Of a DNA stretch of 64,000 nucleotides, positions 28,305-37,673 are shown piece after piece. Both the position numbers and the translations under genes were made by a program. Under the pieces are notes generated by a model. The model was given only the letters and a program-made list of their open reading frames with translations, had not been told where the DNA came from and searched no databases. This stretch comes from Bradymonadia bacterium (lineage in GTDB: Bacteria > Myxococcota_A > Bradymonadia > UBA7976 > UBA1532): positions 141,460 to 205,459 of the forward strand of contig JBKAGE010000078.1 in the NCBI GenBank assembly GCA_046290225.1. The letters run 5' to 3'. Every line of letters begins with the position of its first letter. Position 1 is the first letter of the stretch.

Positions 28305-28694
28305 TCAACCCCCAGCGGCGAGCAGCGCGTCGTAGTCGGCGGCGCTCATGAGGCCCTCGAAAGCCCCAGCGTCCGCAGGCTTGATCTTGATCATCCACCC
28401 ATCACCATACGGCGCTGAGTTCACCAGCTCAGGCGCATCGGCGAGGCCCTCGTTCACCGCGGTGATCTCACCAGCGATGGGGGCGAAGAGATCACTCACG
28501 GTCTTCACGGACTCCACAGTCCCGAACTGCGCTTCAGCGTCGACGTCGTCGCCCACGGCGGGCAGTTCCACGAAGACCACATCACCCAGAGCATCCTGAG
28601 CGTGATCGGTGATGCCCACGGTGATGGTGCCGTCGGCTTCGAGACGGGCCCACTCGTGGTCCTTGGTGTAGCGCAGCTCTGCGGGGCTTCCCAT
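28305..28694 (-). CDS. gcvH: glycine cleavage system protein H
   Basis: 129 aa. Lipoyl-lysine motif [11 protein letters not shown] at 28694 preceded by a GAGGAG RBS. Confidence 0.9.
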   Translation of the reverse strand: MGSPAELRYTKDHEWARLEADGTITVGITDHAQDALGDVVFVELPAVGDDVDAEAQFGTVESVKTVSDLFAPIAGEITAVNEGLADAPELVNSAPYGDGWMIKIKPADAGAFEGLMSAADYDALLAAGG

Positions 28695-28747
28695 GCTTGG
28701 CTCCTCGAATCGTAGGGTGACGCCCTCAGGCGCCAGGTGAAGATGAA

Positions 28748-29839
28748 CTATTTCTTGAGAAAAGGCGGCTTGACCACTTCGCCCTCGGCCACCCGGTTGC
28801 GAATCTGCACGCGGATGGGCGTGCCGGAGCGGTGCTGGCCCTGGGGCACGTAGGCCATACCGATGTTGACCCCGAGGCTTGGCGAGCGGGTGCCTGACGT
28901 CACCTCGCCGATGGTCTGGCCCTCGGCATCGACCACTGGGTAGCCATGTCGTGCCGGCGGTCCGCCTGGCAATGTGAAGGCGATGAGCCGACGCTTCAAC
29001 CCTTCGGCCTTCTGAGCCACGAGGGCCGCCTTGCCGATGAAGTCCCCGGCGCCGAGTGGGGTGCACCAGCCCAGCCCTGCCTCGAGGGGGCTGGTGCTCT
29101 CGTCGATGTCGTTGCCATAGAGGGCGTACTTCATCTCGAGACGCAGCGTGTCACGGGCGCCGAGGCCTACAGGGGCCACCACCCCATCGCCGGCCTCGAT
29201 GAGCGCCTTCCAGAGTCCAGGGGCAGCCTCAGGGGCCATGTACAGCTCGAAACCATCCTCCCCAGTGTAGCCCGTGCGGCTGATGATCATCGGTACCCCA
29301 GCCACGCTGCCCTCAGCGGCCCAATAGCGGTCGATGCTCGACAGATCGACCTCAGTGAGCGTCTGGAGCACCTCGGCGGCTTTGGGGCCCTGCAACGCAA
29401 GCTGGGCGTAGTTGTCGCCTACGTCGACAGCGGAGACCTGATCATCGCCGATGTGGGCTTTGATCCAGGCGAAGTCTTTGTCGCGGTTGGCGGCGTTGCA
29501 GCAGATGAGCACGCGCTCAGCGCTCAGGCGGTAGACCACCAGGTCGTCCACCACGCCCCCTTCGGGCGTGCACATGCAAGTATAGAGGGCCTGGCCATCG
29601 GCGAGTTTGGTGAGATCGTTCCCGATCAGCCGATCGAGCGCCGGAATGGCCCGGGGGCCAGTGATCTCGATCTCTCCCATGTGGCTCACGTCGAAGAGGC
29701 CTGCTGCGGTGCGGGTGTGGCGGTGCTCCGCCTGAATGCCGGTGTACTGCACCGGCATTTCCCAGCCACCGAAGTCCACCATGCGAGCGCCAGCGGCCAC
29801 GTGGGCTTCGTAGAGTGGGGTACGCTTGAGATCAGACAT
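28748..29839 (-). CDS. gcvT: glycine cleavage system aminomethyltransferase T
   Basis: Begins [13 protein letters not shown], then [13 protein letters not shown] and [16 protein letters not shown]. Start chosen at 29839. Confidence 0.9.
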   Translation of the reverse strand: MSDLKRTPLYEAHVAAGARMVDFGGWEMPVQYTGIQAEHRHTRTAAGLFDVSHMGEIEITGPRAIPALDRLIGNDLTKLADGQALYTCMCTPEGGVVDDLVVYRLSAERVLICCNAANRDKDFAWIKAHIGDDQVSAVDVGDNYAQLALQGPKAAEVLQTLTEVDLSSIDRYWAAEGSVAGVPMIISRTGYTGEDGFELYMAPEAAPGLWKALIEAGDGVVAPVGLGARDTLRLEMKYALYGNDIDESTSPLEAGLGWCTPLGAGDFIGKAALVAQKAEGLKRRLIAFTLPGGPPARHGYPVVDAEGQTIGEVTSGTRSPSLGVNIGMAYVPQGQHRSGTPIRVQIRNRVAEGEVVKPPFLKK

Positions 29840-30704
29840 GGTCACCTCCTCGGCGAGCCTCTGCGGCAATGCACACATTCATCATGAGCTGAGCGATGGT
29901 CATGGGCCCCACCCCACCAGGGACGGGGGTGATGGCGGAGGCCACCTCGGCGCACTCGGCGAAGGCCACGTCACCGACGAGCTTGCCCTCGTCGTTGCGG
30001 TTGATGCCCACGTCGATGACCACGGCGCCGGGCTTGATCCAGTCCCCCTTCACCATCTCCCGACGACCCACGGCGGCGACGACGATGTCGGCCTCGCGGA
30101 CTCGCTCGGCGAGATCGACCGTGCGGCTGTGGCAAATGGTCACTGTTGCATTGGCACCGAGCAGCAACAGCGCCATGGGTCGACCCACGATGACGCTGCG
30201 GCCGATGACCACGGCTCGTTTGCCCGAAAGATCCGTGCCCAGCTCTTTGAGCATGCGCATGCAGCCCGAAGGGGTACAGGGCACCAGCTTGGGATTCCCG
30301 GCGGCGAGGCGTCCGAGGTTGTCCGGATGGAAACCATCGACATCTTTCGCCGGGTCGACACGCTCCAACACACGCTGGGTATCTTCAGCGCTGATGCCCG
30401 ATGGCAGGGGGAGCTGTACCAGGATGCCGTCGACCTCATCATCTGCGTTGAGTGCATCCACCTGGGCGAGGACTTCTTCGGCGCTCACCGTGTCTGGCAG
30501 CCGGATCGTGCGGGCGTTGATGCCCACCTTCTCGGCGACACGGCCTTTGTTGCGCACGTAGACCGCGCTCGCCGGATCGTCTCCGGCGAGGACTACAGCG
30601 AGACCAGGGGTGATGCCACGGGCCTTGAGGGCCTCGGCTCGGTCTTTCGCTTCGGCCCGAACCTGGGCGGCGATGACCTTGCCGGAGATGAGGGTCGCTG
30701 ACAT
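29832..30704 (-). CDS. folD: bifunctional methylenetetrahydrofolate dehydrogenase / methenyltetrahydrofolate cyclohydrolase
   Basis: [38 protein letters not shown]. Overlaps the gcvT start by 8 nt. Confidence 0.9.
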   Translation of the reverse strand: MSATLISGKVIAAQVRAEAKDRAEALKARGITPGLAVVLAGDDPASAVYVRNKGRVAEKVGINARTIRLPDTVSAEEVLAQVDALNADDEVDGILVQLPLPSGISAEDTQRVLERVDPAKDVDGFHPDNLGRLAAGNPKLVPCTPSGCMRMLKELGTDLSGKRAVVIGRSVIVGRPMALLLLGANATVTICHSRTVDLAERVREADIVVAAVGRREMVKGDWIKPGAVVIDVGINRNDEGKLVGDVAFAECAEVASAITPVPGGVGPMTIAQLMMNVCIAAEARRGGDHV

Positions 30705-30772
30705 AGGCACTCCAGAGGGTTCAGCCCGACCGTCGAGGTCGAGCAGAGTGCCAGAGCCACGCGCGTCGGGGA

Positions 30773-31360
30773 TCAGCTGATGGTGGAGAGATAAGTCTTC
30801 AGAGAGCCGGGGTCAACCTGAGTGAACCGTACGCCGAGGAGCAGGTTCTGATCTTTGTCCCGACGGACGTGCACCAGCTGGCAACGACCGTCCAGCGGAG
30901 GGGCGCCGTCGCCGGAGGTCACCAACAGGTTGAACTCCACCGGCAGGCTGCCGGCGGTGCTGTCGAGACCGCTGATCAGGGCACCGCCCATGGACAAGTT
31001 CACCACCTGGACAGCGGTGGTGATGGTGTTGTCCAGACCACGGATCTCGCCGGTGAGGGTCACCGGGGTGCGGGGGAAAGCGCGGGCCTCGGGGCCACGG
31101 GCCACCTCGGGGGCGGGGGTGCGGTTGCGGCCCCGGGACGACTTCTTGGTGGCCTGCTTCTCGTCGAACTCCGTGAGGAGATCGTGGGAGATGCCGTGCT
31201 CGTCCATGAACGCCTCGACACTCTCCCGGTAAATGCGACGCTCGTTGGAGCGCGGCAGCCGGAAGCCGTTCAACTTCTCTTCATCAAACCACTTGATGAC
31301 GGTGTTGATGTTGACGCTGAAGATGCGCGCCACCTGACCTGTCGTGAATACCCTCTGCAT
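30773..31360 (-). CDS. HTH (MerR/excisionase-type) DNA-binding domain fused to a PilZ domain
   Basis: N-terminal [26 protein letters not shown] (helix-turn-helix). The C-terminal half has PilZ-like RxxxR...(D/N)xSxGG elements (SMGGALIS). Confidence 0.55.
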   Translation of the reverse strand: MQRVFTTGQVARIFSVNINTVIKWFDEEKLNGFRLPRSNERRIYRESVEAFMDEHGISHDLLTEFDEKQATKKSSRGRNRTPAPEVARGPEARAFPRTPVTLTGEIRGLDNTITTAVQVVNLSMGGALISGLDSTAGSLPVEFNLLVTSGDGAPPLDGRCQLVHVRRDKDQNLLLGVRFTQVDPGSLKTYLSTIS

Positions 31361-31405
31361 GACTCTCTCCCCTTTGGAGGAAACACCCGCCTCCGACTGT
31401 GCTCC

Positions 31406-32749
31406 TCAGCCTTCCATGGCTGAATCGAGCGAGGCCCTTGAATGCTCCGACAATTGTGGCTCCGCCGGGCGAGCCTCGTCGTAGTCTGGTTCCAGCTGCA
31501 TGTATGCGCAGCGCCGGCAGAAAAACTCTGGGTTGATGAACCGCTGCTCCCGAGCGCGAATGGCTGCGAGGCCTTCGTTGAGTCGCAGGAAGTTGTCGAG
31601 GGTGTAGAAGGCTTCTTCCCCCCGGTTCTTTCCTGTGACCTTCCAGAACAGCGAGTAGATGGGCACCACCCCCCTGGGGGTCAGGTACTCACCGCATTCC
31701 ATGTTGCTCTCGTAGGCCTGCTCAGGGGTCTCGAAAGCCCCCTCGCCTTCAAGCTCGGCGCCACCGACCATGGCAGTCATGACGTCGTTGGGACCAAAGA
31801 TCTCCGCCGCCTCGAGCAGCGAAGTGATCCACCGATCGCGACCGATGAACTTGGCCTTGCCTGGGCACACGCGCTCGAACTGAGCTTTGTCCCAGACCTC
31901 CATGTTGTAGCAGGCTCCGCGTACCCCGAGATCCCTCAGGGTCTTCATGTGGGCCTTGGTGATGGCCCCTGATCCCAGGGCGATGTAGTAGCGCTCGTGG
32001 AGCCCCGCTGCGTTGAGCGTGCGGGCGATCTGAATGTAGCGCTCGCCCTCCTGCTCGATGTCGAGCACCGAGCCCCCCACCAGGTACAAGTGCCGGGCAT
32101 GGGTCTCGGGGTGGCTGCAGGCCTCGGTGACCCGGTCGAGGGTCTCCTGAGGCAGCTCGGTCTTGCCGATGACCTGACCCAGGGGCTCGAGGCGCTGCTT
32201 GTCAGGCAACCCGTACAGGCAGAAAGTGCAGCTGAGATTCTCGGTTTTGCCCTTGCCCAGCGGATCCTTGCTCGCTGGGGCGAGGAAGTACTCGCACCCC
32301 GGCGCCACGTTGAGCACGAGCATGTCGCCGTGCTGGCTCAGGCCGGTGGAGCGCATGGGCACCCCGGAGGCCGTGAGGGCTTCGGTCCAAGCCCGCCGAG
32401 GCTCGAAACTCATGGGACACACCAGACGCTCCCCCTCCCAGAGGGTGAACATCGTCGGATCGCCTTCCACGGGGGTGATCCGGAAGGGTGAGTCCCGCTT
32501 GACGCGCATGCGGCAGTGGGTGGTGCCGTCGAGCACCATCATGTACGGCACTGCCACCTTCATCTGCCCCTTGTAGGCCGGCTCGCCGGGGAGCAGCTGG
32601 TGAGGCATGTAGTTGGGGAAGGCCCACGATACAGCCTCGGGCAGGCAGGGGTGATACTGCACCCCAGCATAGAGCAAAGCGGCCTTCAGCCGCGCCATGG
32701 AGGGCGTGCTCGGGTACTTCTCTGCGAGTTGGTCGAGGTATGTCATCAC
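31406..32749 (-). CDS. radical-SAM-like enzyme with non-canonical cluster motif (CX21CX2C) and a Cys/His-rich N-terminal domain
   Basis: GCEYF..(21)..SCTFCLYG, then LYLVGGS (GGE-like SAM motif) and TAMVGGAELEGE (GxIxGxxE-like motif), as in BioB/LipA/HydE-type TIM barrels. 447 aa. Confidence 0.45.
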   Translation of the reverse strand: MMTYLDQLAEKYPSTPSMARLKAALLYAGVQYHPCLPEAVSWAFPNYMPHQLLPGEPAYKGQMKVAVPYMMVLDGTTHCRMRVKRDSPFRITPVEGDPTMFTLWEGERLVCPMSFEPRRAWTEALTASGVPMRSTGLSQHGDMLVLNVAPGCEYFLAPASKDPLGKGKTENLSCTFCLYGLPDKQRLEPLGQVIGKTELPQETLDRVTEACSHPETHARHLYLVGGSVLDIEQEGERYIQIARTLNAAGLHERYYIALGSGAITKAHMKTLRDLGVRGACYNMEVWDKAQFERVCPGKAKFIGRDRWITSLLEAAEIFGPNDVMTAMVGGAELEGEGAFETPEQAYESNMECGEYLTPRGVVPIYSLFWKVTGKNRGEEAFYTLDNFLRLNEGLAAIRAREQRFINPEFFCRRCAYMQLEPDYDEARPAEPQLSEHSRASLDSAMEG

Positions 32750-32819
32750 CTAGCCTCACATCGGTGCTCATCGAAAGAGCAGCACCGTACCAGAACACTT
32801 GCCTGCGGCGTCAGAATCT

Positions 32820-33010
32820 TGAATCGCCGCACACCTGCATGACCTCAGATATGACTTCGTTTACTCCACCCTTCAAAAATCACCAAATAATCCAATGTTC
32901 AAGACGGGTGGTGAACAACTGTGCCGAAACAGAATGGCACAGATTGGGTCATCTGACGGTGACATCGGCGAACAGGGAGAAGCAAATTAAGAAAAAATGC
33001 TTCTACTGTG
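32820..33010. promoter_or_regulatory. AT-rich intergenic island upstream of the radical-SAM-like gene and downstream of the vWA operon
   Basis: About 190 nt at roughly 45% GC against a ~69% GC background. Contains the hairpin gaagca-aattaagaaaaaa-tgcttc (32979..33003) and A-tracts. Confidence 0.3.
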
Positions 33011-33014
33011 CTTT

Positions 33015-36000
33015 TCAATCTTTGCCAGAGGGCCAAATTCGCCGCAAATGCCCTCCGCTCCAGCGCCATGCTTCTAATATTGCAATCACCAACGCCAACA
33101 GCGCCAGGACACCCGACATCGGGGTGCCAGACCCAGCAGAGGCTCGAGTGACGGCCTCGAGAAGGGCCTGGGGCTCTCGAACGACCCGGCCGCCGGTGAT
33201 CTCTGCTTGAAGAGCCAGGGCCTCGCTGTCCACACCCACGGTCATCTGCTCTGTGGAAGGCGGACGCGTGAGGCTGGCGCTCAGACCGCCTGTGGAGAGC
33301 GGCACATACACATCGAGGATCTCGACGGGGCCTTCTGGAAGGGAAAGGCTGGCGTGCCCCGGCGCCACGAGATGCCACGGCATCTCCACCGTGACGCCTC
33401 GAGGATCAGTGATGTGGGCCCGGAGAGGCAACGGCTGCTCTGGAGCGTACCGCATGGTCATTCGGCCGTCGGGCGTGATGCGGAGCACGCCGAGCTCGGC
33501 CTTCGGCGCCAGCGCAGGCCCGAGCAGGCCCGCCCACAGCGCAGCTGGGGCTTGCCAGGTGTCGGTGGCGACGGCGATCACGCGCCCTGCCCCCCACGGC
33601 CGCTCGGCGATGAAGGGATCTCCCCCACTCCGGGCGAGCAACCGCGCCCCTGCGGCGAGCCCCACCCTCACCCGCTCGGCCACCGGCGGCGCGGTGACCC
33701 CCACACGGGCCGGCCAGGAGCCCGTAACGCTCACAGAACCCCCTGGCACAACCAGCTCACCTCGGGCCACCTCGAGCAAGCCCTCGGTGATGAGCCGGGG
33801 CAGCGACTCGCCCTGGCCCTCGATGATGCGTCCGCCGGTGATGCGGGCGAGGCCTGCGAGCGGCTCTCGCTCAGGCTGCTCGCCCACCAGGATCGCCATG
33901 ACCTGAGTGCGGGAGCGTTTCAGCCGTGGAGGGATGGTGGGCTCGCCCTCGTCGATGAAGCGCCCATCGGTGATCGTGAGGATGATCCGCCGGTCGACAT
34001 CTACCGTCTCGAGGAGGCCAGCGGCGGTGATCAGGGCGGGGCCGATGGTGGTGCCGCCTTTGATCACTGCGGGCGTCTCCAGATCCTCTGGGTTGACCTG
34101 CCGGGCGGGTGTGGGGCTGAGCAACACGTCAGCGTCGGTGCCAAAAGCCACCACGGCGAGCTGATCATCAGGACCCTTCAAGCCGCGGGCGAGGCTGCCT
34201 GTCAAACGGGCGATGCCCTCAGCTCCGATGCCACCAGCCTCTTTGGACATGCTGCCGCTGCGATCCAGCAACACGGCGACCCCCAAGCGACTTGGCCGTT
34301 CCGGCTCGGGATCAGCAGTGAGAGGCGACAACACTTCGATGGGCGCTCCGGTCCATCCTCCGGGGCCGAAGGCCTTGTTTCGCCCCGCGAGAAGTAGAAC
34401 CCCGCCGCCATCGACCCAGTCCGCGAGGGCCGCCACCGCAGAGGCGGGCAACGCCTCGATGTGCTGATCGTGCACTGCGACGACGGTGGCCTGTCTCAGC
34501 ACCTCGGGTGTTTCCCGCAGGCCCTCGATGGGCAACTGCCGGGTGGTCAACCCGGCCCCCTCCAACCAGGGCACGGCCCCTGGGCCGATGGCCAGGGCGA
34601 GAGGGGCATCGGCTTCCACGGCCAGCGGCCACTGATCATTGACGGGCCAGACATCCCCCGGCACCTCGATGCGCACTGTCAGGCGCGCCCGCTGATCTGC
34701 GGGATGAGGTACTGAGAGACGCGTGGTACGCACATCTCCGGCCTGCAGCTCGAGGGGGTGCTCCACCGGCTCAGCCCCCTCGAGCTGCACGATGAGCGCA
34801 GCAGCAGAGGCGACATTGGACCGCACCTGAGCACGCACGATGAGGCGCCCTCCGAGCCGTCGTGCCTCTGCGGAGATGATGCCGCCATCTGGACCCTCGA
34901 CCCCCACGGGCACCGGGAACACGGGCACCCCTGGGGTGACAGGGCCATCCTCCGCACGCCCGTCGGTGACCAGCACGACGGCGCCGCCGGAGAGGGCATC
35001 CAGAGCACCCTCGACCAGAGGGCCATGGCGCGTGGCGCCACTGGGTGAGCCTTGAAGCGGTGCGCCTGGCGGACCAGCACGTCGCACCCGCTCTCCCCCC
35101 TCGACGCGGAGCGTCACATCGCCGCCGATGGCCTGTTCCACCATGGCCACTACATTGCTCAAGGCCACCTCGGGCATGGAGGCAGAGGTGTCGACGGCGA
35201 GCACCACACCACCCTGGTCTCCTACCCGCCACTGGGGCCCCGTGAGCGCCACGATCACAATGCCGAGGGACAACCACGGCCAGGGTGCTCGCCATCGCCT
35301 GCTCAACCCCAGAGTCGCCAGCAGCGCCACGAGCGCCACCACCAGAGGTACGGTGTGCCGAGGCTGCCCCGCTTTGATTGGGGCAGTGATGGCATCGCTC
35401 GGGGCCTCAGGGGCCCCGGAATCTGCGGAGCCCACTTCGGGCACCACGGCGATCCACGCGGTCTGGTCACCAGACTCGAGGGTGTAATGCCCCAACACGT
35501 CCAGGCCATCGAGCCGCGCCACGAGGTGGCCAGTCTCCGGATGAGGCGCAGGCATGACGACGCGCTGGTGGCCCCCAGGCGTGGTGAGCCGAATCTCTCC
35601 TTCGGCGAGGACCATCAGCGGCTGGCCGGCTCGATGCGTCCGACACCGACCGCGGCGTGCCCGATCTGCCTGCAGCCGCTCTGCAAAAAAAGCAGGCCAG
35701 GCAGGACTCTCGATCAGCTCGGCATCCTCCATCGAGAAAGCGAGGCGCAGGCGCTGCCCGGCCCGGCCTCGTGTCAGATCGGCAATCACGGCCTCACCGG
35801 CGAACATCATCGGCTCGCCCGCCTCGGGGAGGGTCTGCCACCGCGCCAGAGAGACACCAGGAATCGGCAAGTCACCCACGAGCCTCACGGGCCCTGGACC
35901 CTGGTCGAAGCGGGTCGTGGACTCAGGCCACTCGATCCACGTGATCTGGGGCAGGAAGGGCGCCCAAATGCCCTCAGGCAACGGCTCGTTCGCCGGTGCG

Positions 36001-36809
36001 GGCCCGGGTCGCCACTGGCTCTCTTCCAGTGGACCTCGGCGCACGTGTGGCAGCACAGGCCACAGCTGGGCAAGGGCCTCAGGCCACAGCCCCTCGGAGA
36101 CGACGAGCGGCGCGGAATCTGGCAGGCAGATCGGGTAGCCGTCGTCTCCCTCGTACTCCTCTGCGACGATATGGGCCGGGCCAGCGGGCAGCGGACCAGC
36201 AAGGCGCCACCCCGCCCCAGCGCGACCCAAGGGGGCCTCTTTGCGAGCGCCAGCCTCTCGCCACCTCAAGATCGGGGTCACCCCCGAGGCCACCTGAGCC
36301 TCGACGATGACGCGGGACCCGGCCAGCACGGCACCGGCCCCCTCCACGAGGGGGGCGAAGTCACCGCGATCATCGAGATAGATCAGGCGACCCTCCGGGC
36401 TCAGGCGGCGGCCCATCACCAGCGCGGCCCCCCACTGTGGAGATGCCACGACGGGCTCTACCCCCTCAGGCTCGGAGACTTCGGACGGCGTGGAGCCTGC
36501 CCGGATGACCACCACAGGCGTCGACCACTGTGGATCAGGCGTGAAGGGCCCCGCGGTGAGCACCAGCGTGCCCCCTGAGGGCGGTGACACAAATCCGACA
36601 GCGGCGATGATCAAGGCGAGCGCGGCCACCGCGCGGGCGCACAACAGCCAGGGGGCCCTCAACGTCCGTCGCCCACGGTCGCCCTTGACGAAGTGCAGCA
36701 ACAGAAAGAAAGCGCTGTAGGGCTGATCTCCGCTGGGACGGGCCCCGCGGTGCAGCAGCCAGAGCACGGGCAACGCCACCAGCGCCAGAAGAGCCCAGGG
36801 CAGACTCAC
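33015..36809 (-). CDS. giant membrane protein: BatA N-terminal (aerotolerance-regulator) domain fused to at least two von Willebrand factor A domains
   Basis: Begins MSLPWALLALVALPVLWLL (BatA_N). vWA MIDAS DxSxS motifs VVLAVDTSASM and VAVLLDRSGSM. 1264 aa. Its start overlaps the DUF58 stop (ATGA). Confidence 0.7.
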   Translation of the reverse strand: MSLPWALLALVALPVLWLLHRGARPSGDQPYSAFFLLLHFVKGDRGRRTLRAPWLLCARAVAALALIIAAVGFVSPPSGGTLVLTAGPFTPDPQWSTPVVVIRAGSTPSEVSEPEGVEPVVASPQWGAALVMGRRLSPEGRLIYLDDRGDFAPLVEGAGAVLAGSRVIVEAQVASGVTPILRWREAGARKEAPLGRAGAGWRLAGPLPAGPAHIVAEEYEGDDGYPICLPDSAPLVVSEGLWPEALAQLWPVLPHVRRGPLEESQWRPGPAPANEPLPEGIWAPFLPQITWIEWPESTTRFDQGPGPVRLVGDLPIPGVSLARWQTLPEAGEPMMFAGEAVIADLTRGRAGQRLRLAFSMEDAELIESPAWPAFFAERLQADRARRGRCRTHRAGQPLMVLAEGEIRLTTPGGHQRVVMPAPHPETGHLVARLDGLDVLGHYTLESGDQTAWIAVVPEVGSADSGAPEAPSDAITAPIKAGQPRHTVPLVVALVALLATLGLSRRWRAPWPWLSLGIVIVALTGPQWRVGDQGGVVLAVDTSASMPEVALSNVVAMVEQAIGGDVTLRVEGGERVRRAGPPGAPLQGSPSGATRHGPLVEGALDALSGGAVVLVTDGRAEDGPVTPGVPVFPVPVGVEGPDGGIISAEARRLGGRLIVRAQVRSNVASAAALIVQLEGAEPVEHPLELQAGDVRTTRLSVPHPADQRARLTVRIEVPGDVWPVNDQWPLAVEADAPLALAIGPGAVPWLEGAGLTTRQLPIEGLRETPEVLRQATVVAVHDQHIEALPASAVAALADWVDGGGVLLLAGRNKAFGPGGWTGAPIEVLSPLTADPEPERPSRLGVAVLLDRSGSMSKEAGGIGAEGIARLTGSLARGLKGPDDQLAVVAFGTDADVLLSPTPARQVNPEDLETPAVIKGGTTIGPALITAAGLLETVDVDRRIILTITDGRFIDEGEPTIPPRLKRSRTQVMAILVGEQPEREPLAGLARITGGRIIEGQGESLPRLITEGLLEVARGELVVPGGSVSVTGSWPARVGVTAPPVAERVRVGLAAGARLLARSGGDPFIAERPWGAGRVIAVATDTWQAPAALWAGLLGPALAPKAELGVLRITPDGRMTMRYAPEQPLPLRAHITDPRGVTVEMPWHLVAPGHASLSLPEGPVEILDVYVPLSTGGLSASLTRPPSTEQMTVGVDSEALALQAEITGGRVVREPQALLEAVTRASAGSGTPMSGVLALLALVIAILEAWRWSGGHLRRIWPSGKD

Positions 36810-37672
36810 GACGACAACGCCCGAAAGAGCTGAGTGAGGATCTGCGGAAGCGGGGTGTCGGTGGAGACGTCGACGAGCGGTAGACCCCGCTGACGGGCGG
36901 CCTGTTCGAGGCGCTCGCGGTGGGCCTGCACGAGGCCTGCGGCGTTGATCCGGCGCTGGCCGTCGGGCACCACCACATGGCCCTCCCCTTCGGGGTCAAA
37001 GAACGCCACCCCTTCTGGCAACTCGAACTCCCCAGGCGCCGAGACCCGGCAAAGATCCACCCGCCAGCCCGTGCGTGTCAGGGCATCGATGACCGCCTCC
37101 GGACCCCGAGGGTCGAGGAAATCGCTGATGATCAAAGCGTCGCCTCTCACATGGCCCGTGGGCAACTGGCCGAGGGCGGCGGTGAGATCTGTCTGCCCTG
37201 AGGGCTGCTGCCCACCGAGAAACTCGAAGACGCGAGGGGCAAAGTCGAGGCCTCCGGTGAAGGGCAACGCTTCGAGTCGAGCGCCACGGGCCACGCCGAT
37301 GAGCAACGGGTGCAGCTCGCTCAACCCTGCATAGGCCACAGCGGCGGCGATGGCCCGGGCGATCTGCCATTTGCTCGGCGCACCCACCTGCATGGATCCC
37401 GAGCCATCCAAGAGCACAGCGAGGGCCCCTGCTCCCTCGTCGACAAAGGTGCGGACATAGAAGCCCCGGGTGCGGGCATAGGTGGGCCAGTCGAGGTGCC
37501 GCAGATCCATGCCTGGGACATATTCGGTGAAGCCCTCGAAGTCGAGGCCCGCCGCGGCCCCACCTGGGAGTGGTCGACCGTGGACCGGAAACCCGCCCCC
37601 CTGTCTGATCCAGAGCGCCAGCCGGCTCATCAGAGCCAACAGTTGGGGATCAGGGAACGCCCCTCGGGCCAC
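36806..37672 (-). CDS. DUF58 domain protein (vWA-like partner of MoxR)
   Basis: GMDLRHLDWPTYARTRGFYVRTF is the DUF58 signature. VLLDGSGSM. It lies immediately downstream of MoxR. Confidence 0.7.
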   Translation of the reverse strand: MARGAFPDPQLLALMSRLALWIRQGGGFPVHGRPLPGGAAAGLDFEGFTEYVPGMDLRHLDWPTYARTRGFYVRTFVDEGAGALAVLLDGSGSMQVGAPSKWQIARAIAAAVAYAGLSELHPLLIGVARGARLEALPFTGGLDFAPRVFEFLGGQQPSGQTDLTAALGQLPTGHVRGDALIISDFLDPRGPEAVIDALTRTGWRVDLCRVSAPGEFELPEGVAFFDPEGEGHVVVPDGQRRINAAGLVQAHRERLEQAARQRGLPLVDVSTDTPLPQILTQLFRALSS

Positions 37673-37673
37673 C

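Noticed and set aside
30705-30772. Possible glycine riboswitch ahead of the folD-gcvT-gcvH operon
   Set aside because: Only 62 nt (and 45 nt further upstream) are available, far too short for the ~100-nt-per-aptamer glycine riboswitch, and I see no conserved GGAGAG...CACCG-type core.
32740-33210. 156-aa plus-strand ORF spanning the AT-rich island
   Set aside because: It overlaps the ends of two well-supported minus-strand genes and has no RBS or homology. The island is better explained as regulatory or noncoding.
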